Shown piece after piece: positions 60,204 to 64,000 of a stretch of DNA of 64,000 nucleotides (the first letter of the stretch is position 1; each line of letters begins with the position of its first letter). A program made the translations under genes and the position numbers. Source of the DNA: Macrostomum hystrix (lineage: Eukaryota > Animalia > Platyhelminthes); NCBI GenBank assembly GCA_950097015.1, contig CATNEN010000007.1:9672001-9736000 (forward strand). Reading direction: 5' to 3'. The notes beneath the pieces were generated by a model that searched no databases, had not been told where the DNA came from, and saw nothing but the letters and a program-made list of their open reading frames with translations.

Positions 60204-61289
60204 TCCGGTTTATCCCAGCATCTCAGTTCAGTAGCAGGTCCTTCTCGTTGGTAAACCTGATTGACGAAGACCTAATCAAGATTATTGAAGATCTGTTGCA
60301 GTAGAACATTGCTTAGTGATAGTTTTCTAGTACTCAGATAAGATGCCGGAAGCACTAACTTCTGATTCGATTTTTAAATAAAATGTTGCCACCCGCGGGC
60401 AAAATTTTTGTGAGGCCGTCATCAATCATCTAATTGATGCCATTTCGCTTATCATTGTCAAGCAACACTGTCTGGCTGACTCTTCACTAAAGAGTGCTGC
60501 ATTTTGCATGTCAGAGTGTCAATTTGCAAAGTCTTCAACTGATACTATTTTCAGACCTGACTTGAAGACTGTTAAGATTGATTTAATTTCCTTAGATCAG
60601 TTAGACTTGATTTCCTTAGATCAGTTAGACTTGATTTCCTTAGATCAGTGAGACGTCATTTCTGAAGATTTCCAAGAAATAGCCGAAAGGTTTAGAATGA
60701 AATAACCAGATATCCGCGGGATGTTTTGTCTGGCATTCGCTGTCACAAGGCAGTCTGTTTTGAGCCATCGGGCACCGGTCAGTGGCCGCAACTCGAGCTC
60801 GGGACAGCCCTGGAATCTGGGCTGGGGTGGTGCCACCGGCTCAGCCAAGGACTCTTGCGGCTCGAGTATCAGAATATTCGCTGCGCCTTCGGGACCCCAA
60901 CCCGAACCAGCGCGCCCGCCTTTGACAATATTGTCTCTTTGAGGATTAGCCTAATGACTAATCCGATGTTTTGACAGGTTTGACGGGATTTTAGGAGCCG
61001 CTAAATCCCCAGCCCGGGCCTGCTTGACCAAGAACTCTCGAATTTCACTGACGGCGACGATTTCGTTGCGGCTTAGGACTCAGCACCTGCCCGGATTAGC
61101 GCCGCACCACCCCACCTCGACCCACCGTCTCCCCACCTTTGGCGCGCCTCTATTCTCGGATTTATCTGCCATTCCTTGCAACTTATTTCAATTTATCCCA
61201 CTGCGGTTGTGCTTAGTGCATCTGTCTCCCTCATCTCCCACAATGTACCCCCTCCACTATCCCTCTCCTGTCTTGTTTAGTTCGCTAGT

Positions 61290-61486
61290 ACACTGTGAAT
61301 ACTGTGGGTACATTGTGGGTACATTGTGGGTACACTGTGGATACATTATGGAGACATTGTGGGTACACTGTGAATACATTGTGGGTTCATTTTGGGTACA
61401 CTGTGGGTACATTGTGGGTACACTGTGGATACATTGTGGGTATATTGTGGGTACACTGTGGGTACATTGTGGGTACATTGTGGGTA
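61290..61486. repeat. 11-bp minisatellite tgtgggtacat/cac
   Basis: Direct inspection. Confidence 0.9.
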
Positions 61487-62060
61487 TGCTCAGGGCCCCT
61501 TTCGAGCTAATAGTCCCGCGTTTCTCAACTGAGTGCAGAACGAACTCTGCGGGTTCGAACTCGGGGCACTCGTTGCCAGAGCGGGACCAGCCGCTTCACC
61601 TCTTCACCAGTTCGTCTGCGCCAATCCGACCTGTTTAGTCTGTGTGACTGAGCCCACAATATTTGGATATAAGCGGACTCTGGGATATGCTTAACAAGCA
61701 GCAGCATTCCACACCCAGCCAGCCAGCGCGGCCGAGACACTCCCGGGTCCCGTAATTGCCTCGCGGACACTGGGATTGTGGGAATTTTAATTTGCCGAGA
61801 AGCCCCAGCCTTGCGCGCTCGGCACTGGCTGAGCTGCGGCCGGGGGGTGGGTGAGTGCTGCCTCGAGCACTCCAAAGTGCTCGACCGCCTCGCACCGAAT
61901 CTCGAGCCGGCAGCGTGGGTGGAGCCCGGACCCGCCAATGGCGTCCAGCTGAGCCTTCAGCATAAAGCAAGCGACCCTCGGACCCGGCTGCGGCCGCGCG
62001 GGCTCCCAGCAGCTCATCCTCGCCGCAGCTTCTCGCTCTGCCAGTGCGCAAGTTTTCACA

Positions 62061-62561
62061 ATGCCAAGCTCGATAACAATGTCGGCCTTCGTCCTCCTGG
62101 CCGTGGCGCTGGGCGTCTCCCTGCAGAGCGGCGCTGAGGCCCGCTCTGACATCACTGTGGTAGGTGGTCAGGAATGAAGCTCAGGCCAGTTTTTGTCATA
62201 GAACTCCTGCCCCAAAGCCCAAGCTCTTGCCCATGAAAACGCATTGCAGGACAGGTCAATCAAGAAGTGCGGCATCGACCTAATCCGCACCCTGTGGCAG
62301 GTGTGCGGCCTACGGGGCCGACGAGTTAAGCGTCGAACTCTCGACACGGCAGGTGAGTCGGACGCCGCGTGTGCCAGCAGCCACTGACGTGTCTTTAAAA
62401 AGTCCTTCAGCGCCCCCTTTCAAAACATTTCAGTCGAGGGACTGTCGAAGCGCAACAACGACCTGACGAGGCTGCGCTGTATGATTAAGTCAGATGACAT
62501 CGTGTACAACTGCTGTTGCAACTCGTGCCGCCTGTCCTTCCTCGAGCTCTACTGTGAGTAG
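62061..62561 (+). CDS. Insulin-like peptide precursor, 109 aa; exons 62061-62159, 62250-62352, 62434-62561
   Basis: Signal peptide MPSSITMSAFVLLAVALGVSLQSGAEA; B chain KCGIDLIRTLWQVCG (C-G-x10-C); RRVKRR / C-peptide / KR; A chain NNDLTRLRCMIKSDDIVYNCCCNSCRLSFLELYCE* (CC-x3-C-x8-C); phase-1 intron in the C-peptide. Confidence 0.93.
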
Positions 62562-63279
62562 CGCGCACACGGATGACTCAAACTGACAGGCAACACCTGA
62601 ACTGACTTGGCCCCAGACTCGCGAACCACCCACCTCCCCCAGTCAGCTGAGCTCGCTAGGAAAGTGCACTCGAAATACACTCAGAGTCACCGCATCCCGC
62701 GCTAGCAGCGGCGCAGACGGAAACGAAAACTCGGGCTGTGGATTTTCCACCGATTAGATTTTCGCTTCCTTAGCAACCGTTTTTTCCTTTGATCCGGATA
62801 TAAACCTGAAGCCCGTTTGAGTTTTGCTCGATTCTTTTGAAAAAATTAACAAAAAATGCATAGCCTTAATCCTTGCCTTAAACAATGGGATCGTGCTGGA
62901 ACAATGGCCAGACCGTGAACTCTAACAATAGACAAACACTGTCCATTCTGGGTGGTAAATTTTGAAAATTTTCTCATTGAAGGAAATCTTGTCTAAATTA
63001 AATTCAATGAAAACTGCCTTGTGTGGGTTTACTTTATCATTGATGAATCGGTATTGCGTAGTGAGGTTTGAAATCAGAAGTAATTTTACCTCTATTTAAT
63101 TTGGAGTCCAACAGGAACGCTGCAGAATGTCCTGTACAACCAGAACTCACCAGCTTGGTGGATTCAAGGCTTCTAAGACATTCTTTAACTCTTAGTTCTG
63201 TACAAAGTAATGACAAAAGCAACAACGACAGCAAAAAAACAAAACAAAAAAGCTATTTTAACAAAGCAACAGCAACAAA

Positions 63280-63500
63280 AAACAATAGCAAACAACAATA
63301 GCAAACAGCAATAGCAAACAACAATAGCAAACAACAATAGCAAACAACAATAGCAAACAACAATAGCAAACAGCAATAGCAAACAACAATAGCAAACAAC
63401 AATAGCAAACAACAATAGCAAACAACAATAGCAAACAGCAATAGCAAACAACAATAGCAAACAACAATAGCAAACAACAATAGCAAACAACAATAACAAA
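63280..63500. repeat. 13-bp minisatellite aacaatagcaaac
   Basis: Direct inspection. Confidence 0.93.
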
Positions 63501-63657
63501 CAAAAATGGGTCCTGAGCTCGAATCCGCGGCCAGGCCACATAGAGAATCAGTTGTGTCGCTCAAGCCAGTTAGGAAGGCCGAGTTGCGAAGAAACCCTCG
63601 TGGGCTGAGCTAAAATAATTGCACGGCTGAAGTATATGTGCTCAGCGCCGGGGAGGG

Positions 63658-64000
63658 TGTCAGTCAGTCAGTCAGTCAGTCAGTCAGTCAGTCAGTCAGT
63701 CAGTCAGTCAGTCAGTCAGTCAGTCAGTCAGTCAGTCAGTCAGTCAGTCAGTCAGTCAGTCAGTCAGTCAGTCAGTCAGTCAGTCAGTCAGTCAGTCAGT
63801 CAGTCAGTCAGTCAGTCAGTCAGTCAGTCAGTCAGTCAGTCAGTCAGTCAGTCAGTCAGTCAGTCAGTCAGTCAGTCAGTCAGTCAGTCAGTCAGTCAGT
63901 CAGTCAGTCAGTCAGTCAGTCAGTCAGTCAGTCAGTCAGTCAGTCAGTCAGTCAGTCAGTCAGTCAGTCAGTCAGTCAGTCAGTCAGTCAGTCAGTCAGT
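63658..64000. repeat. (CAGT)n microsatellite running off the window end
   Basis: Perfect tetranucleotide repeat. Confidence 0.99.

Noticed and set aside
63185-63564. Cys/Leu-rich 'membrane protein' ORFs
   Set aside because: Translation of the 13-bp minisatellite.
63658-64000. Telomere
   Set aside because: The unit is CAGT, not TTAGGG-like; it is an ordinary microsatellite.

Overview
Intron-rich, minisatellite-rich animal genomic DNA. The style suggests a free-living flatworm such as Macrostomum, but this is an inference. Positions 465-29341 (+) hold a 5'-incomplete giant polycystin-1-like (PKD1L/REJ) gene of roughly >6,000 aa. Its ectodomain stacks four C-type lectin domains, kringle-like, fucolectin-like (FTP) and F5/8C domains arranged as a duplicated multi-domain block, followed by a fibrinogen C-terminal domain, an EB/EGF module, three Cys-capped Ig-like repeats, PKD repeats, REJ, an apparently uncleavable GPS, PLAT and the polycystin membrane region. 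Downstream lie a syntenin-like tandem-PDZ gene (37255-41249), a six-exon GPI-anchored two-Ig Dpr/IgLON-like gene (43108-52575), a decayed Crypton-type tyrosine recombinase, a MITE with a nested full-length tRNA-SINE, an orphan tail-anchored membrane protein exon, and a three-exon insulin-like peptide gene with an extra A-chain cysteine pair (62061-62561) that the ORF track misses. About 20 tandem arrays are present, several abutting or copying splice sites. Exon models were read by eye and have no transcript support.
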